A stretch of 64,000 nt of DNA. Origin: Ylistrum balloti. Taxonomy: Eukaryota. Positions within the stretch are counted from its first letter, which is position 1; every line of letters starts with the position of its first letter. The notes under the pieces were generated by a model, which saw only the letters and a program-made list of their open reading frames with translations, had not been told where the DNA came from and searched no databases. The position numbers and the translations under genes were made by a program. This document shows positions 28,601 to 42,200 of the stretch, in pieces. The DNA lies in the NCBI RefSeq assembly GCF_031769215.1, contig NW_026782534.1, forward strand, positions 248,001-312,000, written 5' to 3'.

Positions 28601-30313
28601 ACTAAATATATATATTAGATGGTTAAGCTTTCAAGACCTTCTTCCATGTAAGTAAACAATTCTTATTTAAACTGCCCAGCTTGCAGAATACAACAAAAAG
28701 AAATAAAGAAATAGGCAGTGCTTTAAAATTTTCAATATGGAAGAACAAATTTTATTTACAATTAATCTGAATTATCCTGTAGTTAGGGTCATGTTTATAA
28801 ACAGTGGATATGGCCCTTGATGAGGTCAGAAAGTTAATGAGAAACAAAGGTAATCATTTAATTCTTTGCTTTGTAGTTTCCATTTTGGTAGGGGATCTAT
28901 CTTATATCCTGCAGTGTTTGATTGTACATGTACTAATATTGAAGTGTTTTTATTAACTTAGATGGGAAGACCAAGCCTGTGGAATTTCTGTATTCTGTAC
29001 CAAAGGAGTGTGAGGGACTGTCATCTATAAACTACAGTATAGATCCCGAAGATTGTCAGGATCTATGGGAAAGGTGACACAATTTTTGTCTCAATCTTTT
29101 AGAGAAAGTGGAATGATGATTTGTTACATTTCAGAAAATTATTTGACTTGAATGATATCACCATGGTCTCTAAAAATATCACATTTAAGATGAACATTCC
29201 TTTTTCAGGGTTTTAACACATGCTATAGTAGGAAACAAAAGACCATCTTTGATTTTGACAATGAAAGTTTGTTATTATAACTAATGAGATTTTTCTCAAG
29301 CTTTTTATTTGGGTCCCCTTGGTCCTGTGTTGTGCATTTCTGATTTTTGGACTGGTCTGTAATGGTGAACAGGCAACCAATTTGGATTTGGTAGTTGTGG
29401 ATTCTTATTCCTATTTAAGAGGAATGTTCAAATTTTGTATCATTAAGAACAAAAACAGAGGAGAGAAGAGAATGATTCAGCTTTTAAAGAGCAACTAAAG
29501 ATAACGGGTTGTGGATGCAAAGGTCCCTCTAAGATCTCTTGTGTATATGTTCTATGTATCTGAAAACACTACATGGTTTTTGTCTACCTTTTCAGAATTC
29601 ATGATAAAGATGAGGTAGACTTTACTAGTGAAGAAGTCCAGAAGTTCATTCGTAGTTTGGAAGCTCATTTCTTCCGCATCTTCAAGGTTAAAATTTCAGT
29701 AAGTAGTCCATTATTTTTATATCAAATATATCTGATAGGGTGGCATCGTAAAATAAAAATATTGACTTGATGTTCAAAAGACTGATATTATTTGTAGGTG
29801 GAATAAAAAGTTGTGTTTGATGATTTGTTCTTAAAAAGAAGCTTATAAAAGTCCTTCTGATGTTGCAGGCAATGTCACTAGTTCGAATAGGAACCCCGTT
29901 GTGTATGGTGGGAACTGATGGACGTTTGAAGGTATGCACTTCTTAAGGCAACCTGTGTGTATTGAAGTACAAAATGAAGTGTACATATAAATATTTAAAA
30001 TATTTAGAGGTTCCCCGGCCAGATTCATGCACATAAATGATTGATCCCAGACAAATCATTATGTCTTATTACGTTTTACGTCCCACATCAATATTATTGT
30101 CACACATTGAGGAACTGTGTTGATGACACAAGTATTGAAATTGTTGTCAATGTTTTTCATCTAATTACACAAAATGTCCAAATAGTACATACAAATTACT
30201 CACTATATCCTGTTTTGTAGATTTTTCTCTCCAACAAGATCCATGTGTTGCTGAGGCACCTGACGGAGTTGGCCATGGGTCACACCTTTAGTAATATCCT
30301 AGGTGTGATGTAG
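22660..30313 (+). CDS. CENPL: Centromere protein L; coding exons 22660-22795, 25246-25284, 25649-25761, 27168-27252, 27458-27505, 27856-28010, 28493-28583, 28962-29073, 29596-29698, 29869-29931, 30221-30313 (345 aa)
   Basis: Eleven GT-AG exons with consistent phases (1038 nt). Segments match human CENP-L from memory: KTWRSFKLTPLYGFS (KQWTLYSLTPLYKFS), AEKRKG, DPEA, YDCKVTPLSLSSYDLAWMVSMW, EFLYSVP...IDPEDCQDLW, EEVQKFIRSLEAHFFRIFK, TDGRLKI, LRHLTELA. Confidence 0.9.
23541..23635. repeat. 46-bp direct duplication, CENPL intron
   Basis: tctactttgtttaggttattagagatatctaatgaaatatcaacag twice. Confidence 0.8.
24040..25054 (+). mobile_element. Internally deleted Tc1-like (DD34E) DNA transposon with TIRs and TA target duplication
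   Basis: Imperfect TIRs TACTAGCCGAAAAAAGAAACTG / CAGTTTCTTTTTCCTGGAAGTA flanked by TA at 24038-39 and 25055-56. Broken transposase motifs VLF.DEFRF, GSGSVMVWDGI, WPEMSQNL*PIEY and W..IPQ....GGHTWY. Confidence 0.85.
26358..26503. repeat. 59-bp exact direct repeat pair (26358-26416, 26445-26503)
   Basis: atcctggtcaggctgtgtagagaatgctaaaacaggatctccgatggattaaacttcct twice. Confidence 0.85.
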
Positions 30314-32501
30314 ACTTTCCATAATGCCTTCTGTGTGATGGAGACCATCCGTTATGTTTTCCATGTGATGAAGACGTTTTGTAATGTTATTATTGTGATG
30401 CAGACCTTCATGATAGTCTGGCTGTGATATTCACCATCAGTTGTATTCTTGTTATTACTGTGAACATTCATGATCTTCTAAAGGTGTCATGTGTGATATT
30501 AATTGCTTTGGTGATTCAATGATGTCATAAATGTTAACCAGGCTCAGGTCACACTATGTTATGGATCATGTGAATAATAACAAAAGTTTGAGACAATTGT
30601 TTTGTAGGTCCTCAATTTGTTAAGTAATGTTTGATAATCAAATTATTTAGGTTTCGTCACATAGTGTTGCTGTTGCCTTCAAGTTGTCATAATATGGTTT
30701 CTACTCAGTATTCTGATACAGTTTGAGATGTTTAACTGAAATTTTTGTAGCTGTATAATGAGAAGATACAGGTTAAGTTTATACTTTATTTCAGTTGTCT
30801 GACTTTTGTTTAAGAGTTAAGACACTTGGATTAAGTACATGTTCAAGTTCTGAGTGCTGCATTAGAATACTGAACTGATTTGTAGATGTAATATTTTTAC
30901 AAAGTCAGCTAATAAGTAACTTTGGTCATCATGTTTGGTCAAACAATACCTGAAACAATGTGAACAAGTCAGGATTACACCTCTCTAAAACACTAAAATC
31001 AACTCTTTACTCTCCTTTGGTTGCTGGTAGGGACATCCATATCACACAGACACTTCTTTTTTTTTATCATTACTGTATACAGGGAAACTTTTGCCACATT
31101 TCAACTTTGGCAAAAATAAAACAGCAGCCAAAATTAACGTCGTAGGTAACACAAATGTCTTGTTTCCTGTGTGATTATCTCCTCCTGTGCCATATATAGG
31201 ATAAGGGTATCTTTTTTATTATCTAGTATTTTATTCTTATTTTTATTGCCTATGCAAATATCAATAGATTTTTTATTACACTTTTGCTGCATGTTGTTTA
31301 ATATCTGGTACAGCTGTGTTGCATTTTTGATTAAAGCTTGATCCCATGAAACTTTTAGTACAATGATAGATATTTTAGTTTCACATACAATTGGTGAACA
31401 TTCGGTCTTTCAAGTTCAAGATTAGTAACTATTGTCTGGAGTTCCTACGGCAGGAGGGCGTAGGGGCAGGTAGGAACAATAATGGTAAATAATACTTGTA
31501 ATTGTGTATGTAAGAATAAAAACGGTTTGATTAAGATTTCATCAACAAAGGGGAATTTTTTAATTGTCAAGTTGAAAGTATAAAATAATAAAAATTTAAA
31601 TATTATATTCTGTTGTGTAATTTATACTTGTGAAATTATGTGCAATACTTTCCTTGGTGAATGTACATGTATATATATTTCTGAAAATCTGCGTTCTCTA
31701 ATCCTATTACTCACGTTGTATAAACATCATTGTGTAAATAATGAGTATGTATTGTATTATACATGCATATAGGTTTTAGACCTGTATGAAAACAGATGAC
31801 TGTAAATAAAATGTAGAAATATAAAACAATGCGTTTTGGGTACTCTTTCATAAACTTAAAAGTCTTATAAGGGTATCTAAACATTTGCTTTGAATTTGAA
31901 CAGAAATTGTTATTGTTAAGACTCATCATTCGATCAAATGATATGATTAGTGAGCAGCCTGCCTTCAAACAAATTTACGTATGATGTTTTTTCATTGTGT
32001 CAGGGAACAATGGAACTCAATTTAAACTGCCAGGGTAAATTCTTATCCACCTTCACACCTGTACAAACATGAACTAACAGGGAAATCTTGAACCACTCTC
32101 ACCCATACTCCAACATGGTCTGACGGGGTAAATACTGACCCACCTTCACCTCTTCCCTTACTTAGACTGATTGGGTAAATCCTGAACCACTCTTGCCTCT
32201 TCCCCAAAATAGACTAACGTAATTTAGATTGACTAGGTAAATTCCGTACGCAATGAAAAAACTATTTCGATAGAACGAAAGAATACTGGGAACGATCTGT
32301 AAAATATAAATGTAAAACCCGTAGAATTTCATATCACATTAATAGACGAAAAACTTGCTAGATAGTTTGTGATAACCGAGAGAAACTAGTAATATTTGAC
32401 GTAGCTTTATTTCCTATTATTTGAAATAACTTCGACTATTGCAAAGTTGCTTGAGATTGTACATTTAGCCTACAAATCATTTATTTTAAAATAACAACAT
32501 G

Positions 32502-35500
32502 CTAAACATTGTTCTTATATACGGGAGCATCAGACAGAGGCAGTGGTTTGTTTCCCAGAATAATGTCAGCGGCCTTTTCAGTCAGCAATATTGTCGGGCC
32601 GTTCAGGTTCCCAGTAGTAATATTTAGGATGATAGAGGCATCAACTACTCGAAGATTATCTACACCTAAAACACGAGTCTGAGAATCCAACACAGCCATC
32701 GGGTCACTCTCATCTCCCAATTTACATGTACATAGTGGATGGTAATTGGTGTCTCCATTAGCACGGTTGAAGACATCTAATTCGGCGTCTGTTTGACTGT
32801 CAGGTCAAGGCAATATCTCTCGACCAGCAGGGAAAGGATCGAACGCTTTCTGTTTAAACACTTTCCTGGCAGCTTTGACGCAATCCCTCATTGTCCTCAC
32901 ATCTTATTCATATATGTGAGTGGGTTGTTGGACTTTCCTCTTGATACGTGAAGAGGACCATTGTCTCCCTTTGTTCATGGGTCTGAGTTTTTTTTAATAT
33001 GGTAAACATCATATGACCATCCCTTTGCCCAAGCCTTCTCCCATCCATCGTAGTCCCCACCATTGCCACGGATGTATACCATGACTCATTGTTGTTCATG
33101 TGAGGCTCTGGGTTCGGTATGGTAGAACCAGTTGTGCTTGTCATCACACAGGTTGTACGTGAGGGCAGCAGACATGTGGATCTTCCAGATGAAGTCTCTT
33201 TGGCCAGCCTCCAGAACACATTGTTGTTAGGATCAGCAGACAGTCGATTGGTGAGAGTACAGCCAGCCGAGCCTGCACAGACGATTATGTAGTCATAGGC
33301 GGGTTTAGTTTTAGATATCTTGGAGGCATTACCTGTATACCATTTGTGTAACTGGATTGTTGTCTCATTCGTGACGTGCAGCTGAAAAATCGACACTGGA
33401 GATTGACTCTTCCGATCTGCCTCATCAGAGGAGTGTCGTCAAGAAGTAGCTTTCGTTTATCGGGTTATCGGGTTTGCTATTTGATGTCAGTGATATGATC
33501 AATAACTGCAGTATGTACAACTAGGTCGGTGAGCCACTTCAGGTCACATACACCGGATAGCACCCAGATCCTTTGCAACTTCGTTGATTTTCCAAAGGAA
33601 TAATCTCTGAGAGTTTTCTCAAGGCAAACATTGAGTTCATCACATATGGGACGTATGCTGTGGTCGGGGAACAGTGTTACTTAGTGCAGAATGTCTCCAC
33701 ATATTATTAAGTCAACATACTTCAACACACCCACATTTGTCTGGCAAATCTGAAAGTGAAAGCTCCCGTTTATCACCACCACACATTGCTGATCTGATTC
33801 CTTATTTAGTGTTTTAAAACTTTTTTGACATCCCTGAAAAGTTATTTTGGTTCTTTTAGAAGTGTAGATTTACACTCCTGCCACCCTCTGTGCACATTTA
33901 TCATGAACTCCTCATAGGTCAAGTGTTTGTGGTCCTTTCCATTAGTGACGACCTCACCTCCAAGTGGGTGGTTCAATATTCATTCAACAGCTCATTCTTT
34001 ACTTTACATCTTTGTTCGCAAATTTCCTATCTCTCTTGAATTTCTTATCCTATATCACTACGCCAAGTTCCGCGTTCTAGCCTTTAGGAAAAAATAAGAC
34101 CAATAAAAGTTAATATAAGGGAAATGAGGAATGCCATTGTTTATATATACACTGTGGTATGGTAAGATTTATGGAATAAGCGCAAATACTAATCCTCAAA
34201 TGATTTATGGTGTGTGTGTCATTAGGAAGTTTGAACCGTCTCATTGACCAAAATCTACTCATATGCTTGGATCATCGACAAGAAAATGAGGTGTATTCAT
34301 TCACATTTACGTTTAATCAAGATTTTCTTTGTTGTCATTTCTATTGAACATCATTCTATCAATCACGAATAAACGAAACAAATTATCAGAATTAATCGAA
34401 GTCTCTTCTGAAAGTGTCCTCTTAAGAAAACATGTTTTCGTGTGTTACAAGTTTGAAAGTATTCGATAATGATAATAAATTGAGGATATTTGGTCCATCT
34501 ATCTCCCGAACTTGGTGCTGGCACAGGAAATGGCAGCATGGATATCAAAGATGACCATTGCAACCTTTAGTTCACGATTCTCAAAAAATCTAAAACAAAT
34601 CTTATCTACCGTGTGCAGGGAAAAAATTCGTCAAAGTTTACTTTCATCCCCTTCGTGTTTCCACAAGTAGAGCGAAAAATAAGAGGAAGGCCAGTTAAGA
34701 TGAAAAGTGCATACTCATGTATTTTAAAGTGAATTTTATACTGGGAGAAAAAGTTTGATTCGGTGGCGAAAAAAACTGAATTATTACATATCCATTGTCA
34801 GCATAAATTTGTATTTAAAGATGCTAATAGCTTTTGTGTGTTTTGTACAATCTTACAAAAACGTTCATACAATGTATTTATATGAACAATGCTTAAGAAA
34901 GGGAAGCCGAACTATCAATCATTTTTTCAAAAGTACACAACTAGAAGTTGATCACTGATGTATAACATTTTGAGTAAAAACTGATAAATGGCATCTTTTC
35001 CAATTCATGAAATTTCATAGTTTTCTTATTTTTTGCTAATACTTGATTAATTATGACCAAAAGAACTCACGTGTCTCTTTGATAATTGTATAGTTGTTGA
35101 TCACAGAATCATGTACACGATAAATGCTAATTTAACTAAAAGGATATTCTCAAAGAGACGGACAAGATAAGAATAATAATTTCCATTATACACTATATAT
35201 ATCCAATTCGACAGCAATTCAGCGGACCACACGTCAAGAAGGTAATATAGTCGGTATTTTCTTTATTTCCATATCCGATTGATATATATAAGAATAAGAA
35301 ATAAACTTGTTTATTGACATCAAACACACTTGTCCATCATTGAACTGCACTTGTGTAGTATTCTAATGTGTTTATTGTGACATCGTTCACTTCATTAGGC
35401 TATATTTTCGTTAATTTAATGAAAATGTTTTATCCACAAATTGACATGTTCGTGAAAGTGGATATCGTAGTACTCATCCAAAAACAAACCTCATCGAAAT

Positions 35501-35772
35501 AGAATTTTCATTATTAAACCACGATATCTGAGCGCCAGGAGAATATTTTTTACAATATTGAATACTTGCTGAGACGCTTATTTCCTTGCACAAGGGGATC
35601 ACATTGATTGGAGGCATATCAATGTGCCGTCTTTGTCGAAAATAAGTAGGGATGACTTCTTCCCAGCATTAATGGCCTTGGTAGGTTTGACAATGTTAAT
35701 AGTTCTGACTTATGACAGGGCGGTGTTGTGATCTGTTACGGAGCTGTAGGTGGCATACCTGCCACGAACACA
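32502..35772 (-). pseudogene. Pseudogene of the HAD-HAD-choline dehydrogenase fusion gene (copy 0)
   Basis: Exon-2 remnant 35569-35772 (FDKDGTL with in-frame stops); only the 3' end of exon 3 remains (~34484-34580, DIHAA, TGG>TAG); last exon from 34081 is frameshifted, with ~780-bp and ~50-bp deletions in the GMC domain; C-terminus ...PVYKNNV* at 32502. Confidence 0.9.
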
Positions 35773-36664
35773 TGTAAGATGGACTCAGCATGACAGACAG
35801 GAAAAGTGATGCTCGCAGGAAGAGGTGAACATACTTAAACACAGATTGACACAGACAGTACTTGCTTCTTCGGAAGACACCTCGGTAAAGATAAAACAAA
35901 TAGTGTTTCTCTTAGGGATACATACTGATATATATGTTTTAATTACATTTACAGATAGATATTGTACACCCTGAACACAAAGTCTTTGTGATCTCATTCA
36001 TGTAATCCTTCTGATTCCACAAGCCATCACTTATCGACATGGGGAAGGTATGCGTGGAAAATAACTTGCTAATATCGTGATGCAGACTCTATCGAATTAC
36101 AGCCGACCTGTCAATAATCTGATACAGGCGTACTTTACCGTCTTCTCCAGCCTGCATTCGGTGAACATTTCACGGGAAGAATAGGGACCACTAATGATAA
36201 TTTTCTGTCACGTGACCTATATATATAAATGAGCAGCATTAATAATGTGAAATCCATGGAGTGAAGAGCAGGCAAGAGGAATTTGTTGTCGTAATTGTTG
36301 TAATATGAGTTTGTATTCCTATTATAATTCACATTAATTGAAATTCAACTTTGCTGCATTGACAAGTCATTAAACAAAAACAAATTTTTGCCTTCTCCAT
36401 GATTTTACTTTCCATGGGTAAACATGAAAGGGACATCTTCCTTTGTCTTCTGACGACCTGTTACCATGCACCCCAAACAGTTTGATAATTAGGGATGAGT
36501 GCTGTATTATATCTCTCAATTCCCCACGTTTGTCCAGATCCGTCGGGTTTTGTCTTTTGATTATAATATTGTTGAATACTTTGATTCAGTAGTTAACTAT
36601 CTTAAAGATTAAACAAACAGTGCAAATGATATTCTAAATAACTAAATTTTCTCTGTTTCAAGCT

Positions 36665-36930
36665 TTTTTTATGCCCCCGGATCGAAAGATCGAAAGGTGG
36701 CATGAACATTTTTGACCATGTGACCTTGACCGTGACTAATTTTTTTTCAAAATTTTTAACATTGGTCACAACTATTACATCATAAGAGGTGTTGCTTTCA
36801 TATTTGGCATGTTTGTTTCATGTAACAAGACCTTTCTGGTAAAATATTTTACCATATGACTTTGACCTAAATTTGAAAAACATTAGCATTGGTCTTAATT
36901 ATTGCACAATGAAGACATCAGTGTTTCATA
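36665..36930. mobile_element. Truncated Helentron-like element
   Basis: T-run then ATGCCCCCGGATCGAAAGATCG end motif, gaccttgacc-type internal motifs, and a gacatcagtgtttca tail. Confidence 0.45.
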
Positions 36931-39009
36931 ATTTTGTTGCAAACAAGGCATATTGTTTTCTCTGAAATTATGAAACGGATTATAATTTTCTCTATTTGTC
37001 GTTTAAATTTTTCAGTTTTTCATAGATTTTGTTTGTCTTTGAAAACAATTATTCTGTTGACGCAACAAATATCTATCAGCAACATGGTTCATTAATGATT
37101 GAGCAACTTTACCTTATAAATAAACATATCAAGTCCATTGAAATTATCAACCTTTAAAGGTTTAGAGGTGACTCATGATTTTGAATTTTAACGGCAATAT
37201 GACTCTTTGTCCGGTTGTTTACTTTGCTCATTAAACATTAATTTTTTGGGTTTCTTAGAAATAAGAAAAGTTTAGTTTTAGTAGTGTCGTCGAAATATTC
37301 TGATTCCGTATTGATGAAATACGATGAAATCTTGAAATGATGCCGATTACATTTAGCTTTTACAGAGTTTGATTTACTAGCAATATAGTTTGGACGTTGA
37401 TAAACGACATAATGTTGTGGATCTTACCTAATAAAATTGTTGGTTATCTCTTGAGTACGAATGAATTGCACCTCTATAAGAACACAAAAACAAAAATGTG
37501 TCCAAAATCAATCACAGGTTTTACTTTTAAAGTAATCTCATTTATCTATCTGGTTGCAGAATATTCGTTCCATATATCTCATAGTATGATTCGTTGGAAA
37601 TACGACGCTTCTGGAGCAATAAGATGATATCTCGATTGTCAGATAACTAAAACAATTCATTGGAGATACAATGCTCTTGGATAAGTAGAGTGATTTCTCG
37701 TTGTCAGATGATGCCTCTGGATGTGTAGAGTGATTTCTCAATTGTCAGCTAACTTAACCCAAACTACAAAGATTAAATAGTGATTTATTCTTCATTCAAA
37801 AACTACATTAATTGATTCAAAAGAAGATTTTCCAGCAGTGTGTTTGATTATTAGTTTGCGATTGTTAGTTATTATTCATCGTATTATGAAAACAGTTCTC
37901 TTGTTTTTAGAATATCATAACTATTGCAGTAACAAAGCGTCACTGGTGAATTTAACAAAAGGATTTTCTCCGAGAAATACTTTGGACTAATTGTATCAAT
38001 GAATCAAAAAGCAATATATTTAGAGTTAATATAACATGATCCACATATGAGAAACAGTAAACAAAGAAAGACAACATAATTATATACTTATATAACGACT
38101 AAACAACAACTGATCTGAGTATATCATAAATAAATTGAAATAATGAAATAATGATTTAATATTGAAGTAAAAAAAAAGATAGATATCAGCCATTAAAAGA
38201 AACCTTGGTCGATGGCTTTGCCATGTTTATCTACATTACTGACAGAAAATACGATTTGAAGTAAACATTGATACAGAACACAACACATTGATTCAAATAT
38301 ATTTAACTTACAAAAACAAGAGACTATAGAAAGATGAGTAAATTCACAATTTAAGCCCAAAATCGACTACAAGCAGATAAAATAAATGTAAAACATAAAA
38401 ATTTTCTTGCGTATCAGGCAAACTCCACGATAAGATAATGATTACAGATAGCCTGCTTACCGTTGCGATAAAGAAGTTTTTAGAACACAGACTGAAATGT
38501 AGAAAAAAAAAAATGCACAAAACATGAAGTACATCAAAATGCCATTGTTATCCCAGAACAGTACAGAATAAGATCATTTCAGTTGCAGAAAGATCTTTGT
38601 TGCAGTCAGTGTAAATTAAAACCAATAACTTCACTAAGTTTCGTCTCCTCAGTGTTTCATACCTTATGTTTAAGCAGTAAGCTTGCTGACACAAAAATGT
38701 CTTTATCTGATTAGATAATGATCACAACCAGTCGAGATTGAGGGATCAAGGATCCACTACTAAAAACTAAAAAAAACCAGCTTATATTCAGGATATTCAT
38801 GAACCCTTCTTCAGATGTAATTTGCCTTCTCACAGCATCAAATTATGCCTCTGATTAGATTTTGGTAGCCATTGGCCGAGGCTGAAGTGTCACAATTCCC
38901 ACTTGACAACTCGGGAGTGGATGTATATCCTTTCGACAACATGCTATTTTGTTGTTGATCATTTTCCTGAACCATGTACGAATATCACTGAGATATAAAT
39001 ATCTTTTCA

Positions 39010-39095
39010 CTAACTACACCTATACACAGGAGCATTAGATCGGGGCAGTGGTTTGTTCCCCAGGATAATGTCAGCGGCCTTCTCAGCTATCATTA
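39010..39095 (-). pseudogene. Orphan relic: last 27 codons of another choline dehydrogenase copy
   Basis: Reads [27 protein letters not shown]; its 3' flank is homologous to the copy-2 flank. Confidence 0.85.
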
Positions 39096-39281
39096 CATGC
39101 TGCTGCCAATAAGCTATGTTGGAGCTGAAAGGAAAGGACATCTATATTTTATACATTAGCATTTATTTCTTCAAGCAAACAACAATAACGATTTGTAAGC
39201 AACAAGTAGTCTATACAAGTAGTGCTTTTAAAATAGAATAATATTCTACCAAACCCTATTTGAGAATCATTATTTAATTTG

Positions 39282-42200
39282 CTATACTTTGTTCTTGTAT
39301 ACAGGAGCATTAGACCAAGACAGTGGTTTGTTCCCCAGGATAATGTCAGCCGCCTTTTCAGCCAGCATTATTGTCGGGCCGTTCAGGTTTCCAGTAATAA
39401 TATTTGGCATGATAGAGGCATCAACTACTCGAAGATTATCTACACCTAAAACACGAGTCTGAGAATCCAACACAGCCATCGGGTCACTCTCATCTCCCAT
39501 TTTACATGTACATGATGGATGGTAGTCGGTGTCTCCATTAGCACGGTTGAAAGCATCTATTTCAGCGTCTGATTGACAATTAGGTCCAGGCTTTATCTCT
39601 CGACCAGCACGGAAAGGATCGAACGCTTTCTGTTTAAACACTTTCCTTGCAGCTTTAACGCTGTCCCTCATTGTCCTCAAATCATATTCTGTAGACAGGT
39701 AGTTGGCTACAATCTTTGGATGGTCTTTTGGATTTCTGGTTTTCAGCTTGACATAGCCTCTACTGGTGGCGCGCATAGGTCCCGCGTGGAGTTGATAGGC
39801 ATGTTCATTACCAGTATTACGCCCATGATCGTTTGTAACAGCTGGTACGAAATGGAACTGAATGTCAGGATATTCTAAGCCTTCTTCACTTGGAACAAAC
39901 CCGCCACTTTCGAAGTGAGTCGTCGCTCCATCACCTGTCTGTGTAAGGAACCACTGAAGCCCAATGCGAATCATATTGTGAGGGAATTTCCACTGAGCAG
40001 AATAAAGAGTGATGGGAAGCTTGCATGCCTCCTGTACACATACATCAAGATGGTCCTGGAGGTTTTCTCCAACACCAGGAAGGTGTTGAACTACAGGAAT
40101 GTCCAGCGACTTCAGCTCGTCTGCATTACCTACACCCGATAACATGAGAAGCTGAGGAGAGTTGATTGATCCTCCACTCAAAATCACCTCCTTCTCTGCT
40201 CTGATAACCTTTTTTACTCCCTTCTGTTCATACTCTACACCCACGGCTCGCTTGTTCTCAAATACAATCCTCGTGGACAAGGCATTTGATTCCACTGTCA
40301 CATTGTCACGTTTTAAAGCTGGCCTGAGGTAAGCCATAGCAGCACTCCATCGCCGGCCTTTGTGAATGGTCATGTCCATCGGCCCTACGCCCTCCTGCTG
40401 ATAGCCGTTCATGTCTTCTGTAAACGGGAAGCCGGCCTGCTGACCTGCTTCTATAAAAGCCTGATGCAGTGGGTTGTTGGACTTTCCTCGTGATACGTGA
40501 AGAGGACCATCACCTCCCCTGTAGTCATTCTCCCCAAGTTCATGGGTCTGAGATTTTTTAAAGTATGGTAAACAGTCAGCATATGACCATCCCTTTGCCC
40601 CAGCCTTCTCCCATCCATCATAATCACCAGCATTGCCACGGACGTATACCATGGCATTGAGTGAAGACGATCCTCCCCAGACTCGTCCTCGTGGCCAGTA
40701 CATGACCCTGTTGTTCATGTTAGGCTCTGGTTCGGTATGGTAGAACCAGTTGTACTTGTTATCATACAGGTTGTACATGAGGGCAGCAGGCATGTGTATT
40801 TTCCAGGTGTAGTCTCTTGGACCAGCCTCCAGAACACACACTTTGTTGTTTGGATCAACAGACAGTCGATTGGTGAGAGTGCAGCCAGCTGATCCTGCAC
40901 CAACGATGACGTAGTCGTAGGTGGATCCAGCTCTAGATATCGTGGATACATTCCTCACCTGTATACCATTAATGCAACTGGACGATTGTCTCCTTCGTGG
41001 CGTGGTGCTGAAATATCGACTCTGGAGGTCGACCTTCCTCGTCAGAGGAGCCACATTTAGATGTATCTTCCGTTTATTGGGACTGGTCGATGAGTCATCC
41101 ATGATATGATCAATCACATGGTCTGCAGTAGGTACAACTAGGTCGGTGACCCACTGCAGGTCATCTGCAGACCCTACACCTGATAACACACCAATCTTTT
41201 GCACCCTCGTTGATCTTCCAAATGCAAAATCTTTGAAAGAATCACCAACTAAGACAGTTTTCTCAGGGCTGACATTGAGTTCGTCACATATGATTTGTGT
41301 GCTGTGATCAAGAGATCGTGCGAAAAAGTGCGGATCATCTCCACAGATCATCATATCAACATACTTCAAAACACCTAGATGTGTCAAATCTGACAGAGCA
41401 AGCTCTCGTTTATCTCCAGTACATATTGCTATTTTGATTTCTTTTCTCTTTAGTGTTTTGAAGAATTTTTTTATATCCCTGAGAAGAGATTGTGGTTCTT
41501 CTCGAAGTATACATTCACACTCCTGCCAGACTTTGTTCACAACCATCAGAGACTCCTCATATGTCAAGTGTTTATGGATCATCTCCACTAGTGACGACCT
41601 CACCTCCAAGTTAGCGGTTCCATGTTCATTCAACAGCCCGTTCTTTACTTTACCTGTCTGTTCGCATATGCCTAGCCTCTGGTAAATTTCTGATCTCAGA
41701 TCACAAAGACCAGTCGCTTGTTCTAAGCTGTAACGTAAATGAGAGGATCAATGTACAACTGATCTTGACTCAATTCAGATTATAAAAATTTTGTTTGCAA
41801 CATCATGCATTCTTAGCTTAAGACAAATGAGGTATACTAATGTTTATGTATACAATGTCATACGCCATGGCCAATGATGGACACTTTTGAGAATGACTGA
41901 TGGAATATGGAATAAAATTATAATCGTCGGATAACTTATTTAATCGGACGAGGTTCCTATTATGTAAGCAAGTTGTCTTTGCCAACGAAATTAGTTCTGA
42001 ATTAACCAAGAGTGATTTTTCTAAAATTAATCAAAAATAACTAAAAATTTTCACTGATAAATTTGGACCCTGATCTTCAGAACATTACCCTAGAATTCTA
42101 CCTATTATTCTACAGTGTTTACACATGTTGTATTTTCCTTGGAAAAAGGATGGGCATTACCAGGAATTGAACAAGACTGTATCATTATGAATTTTGGGGG

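Noticed and set aside
31441-31477. GTTCCTAC...GTAGGAAC hairpin with a G-rich loop
   Set aside because: An 8-bp stem can arise by chance, and no associated element ends were found.
39573-41685. Antisense and alternate-frame ORFs overlapping the CHDH copies (also at 49270-50860 and 62295-63964)
   Set aside because: Shadow ORFs repeated only because the CHDH coding sequence is conserved.
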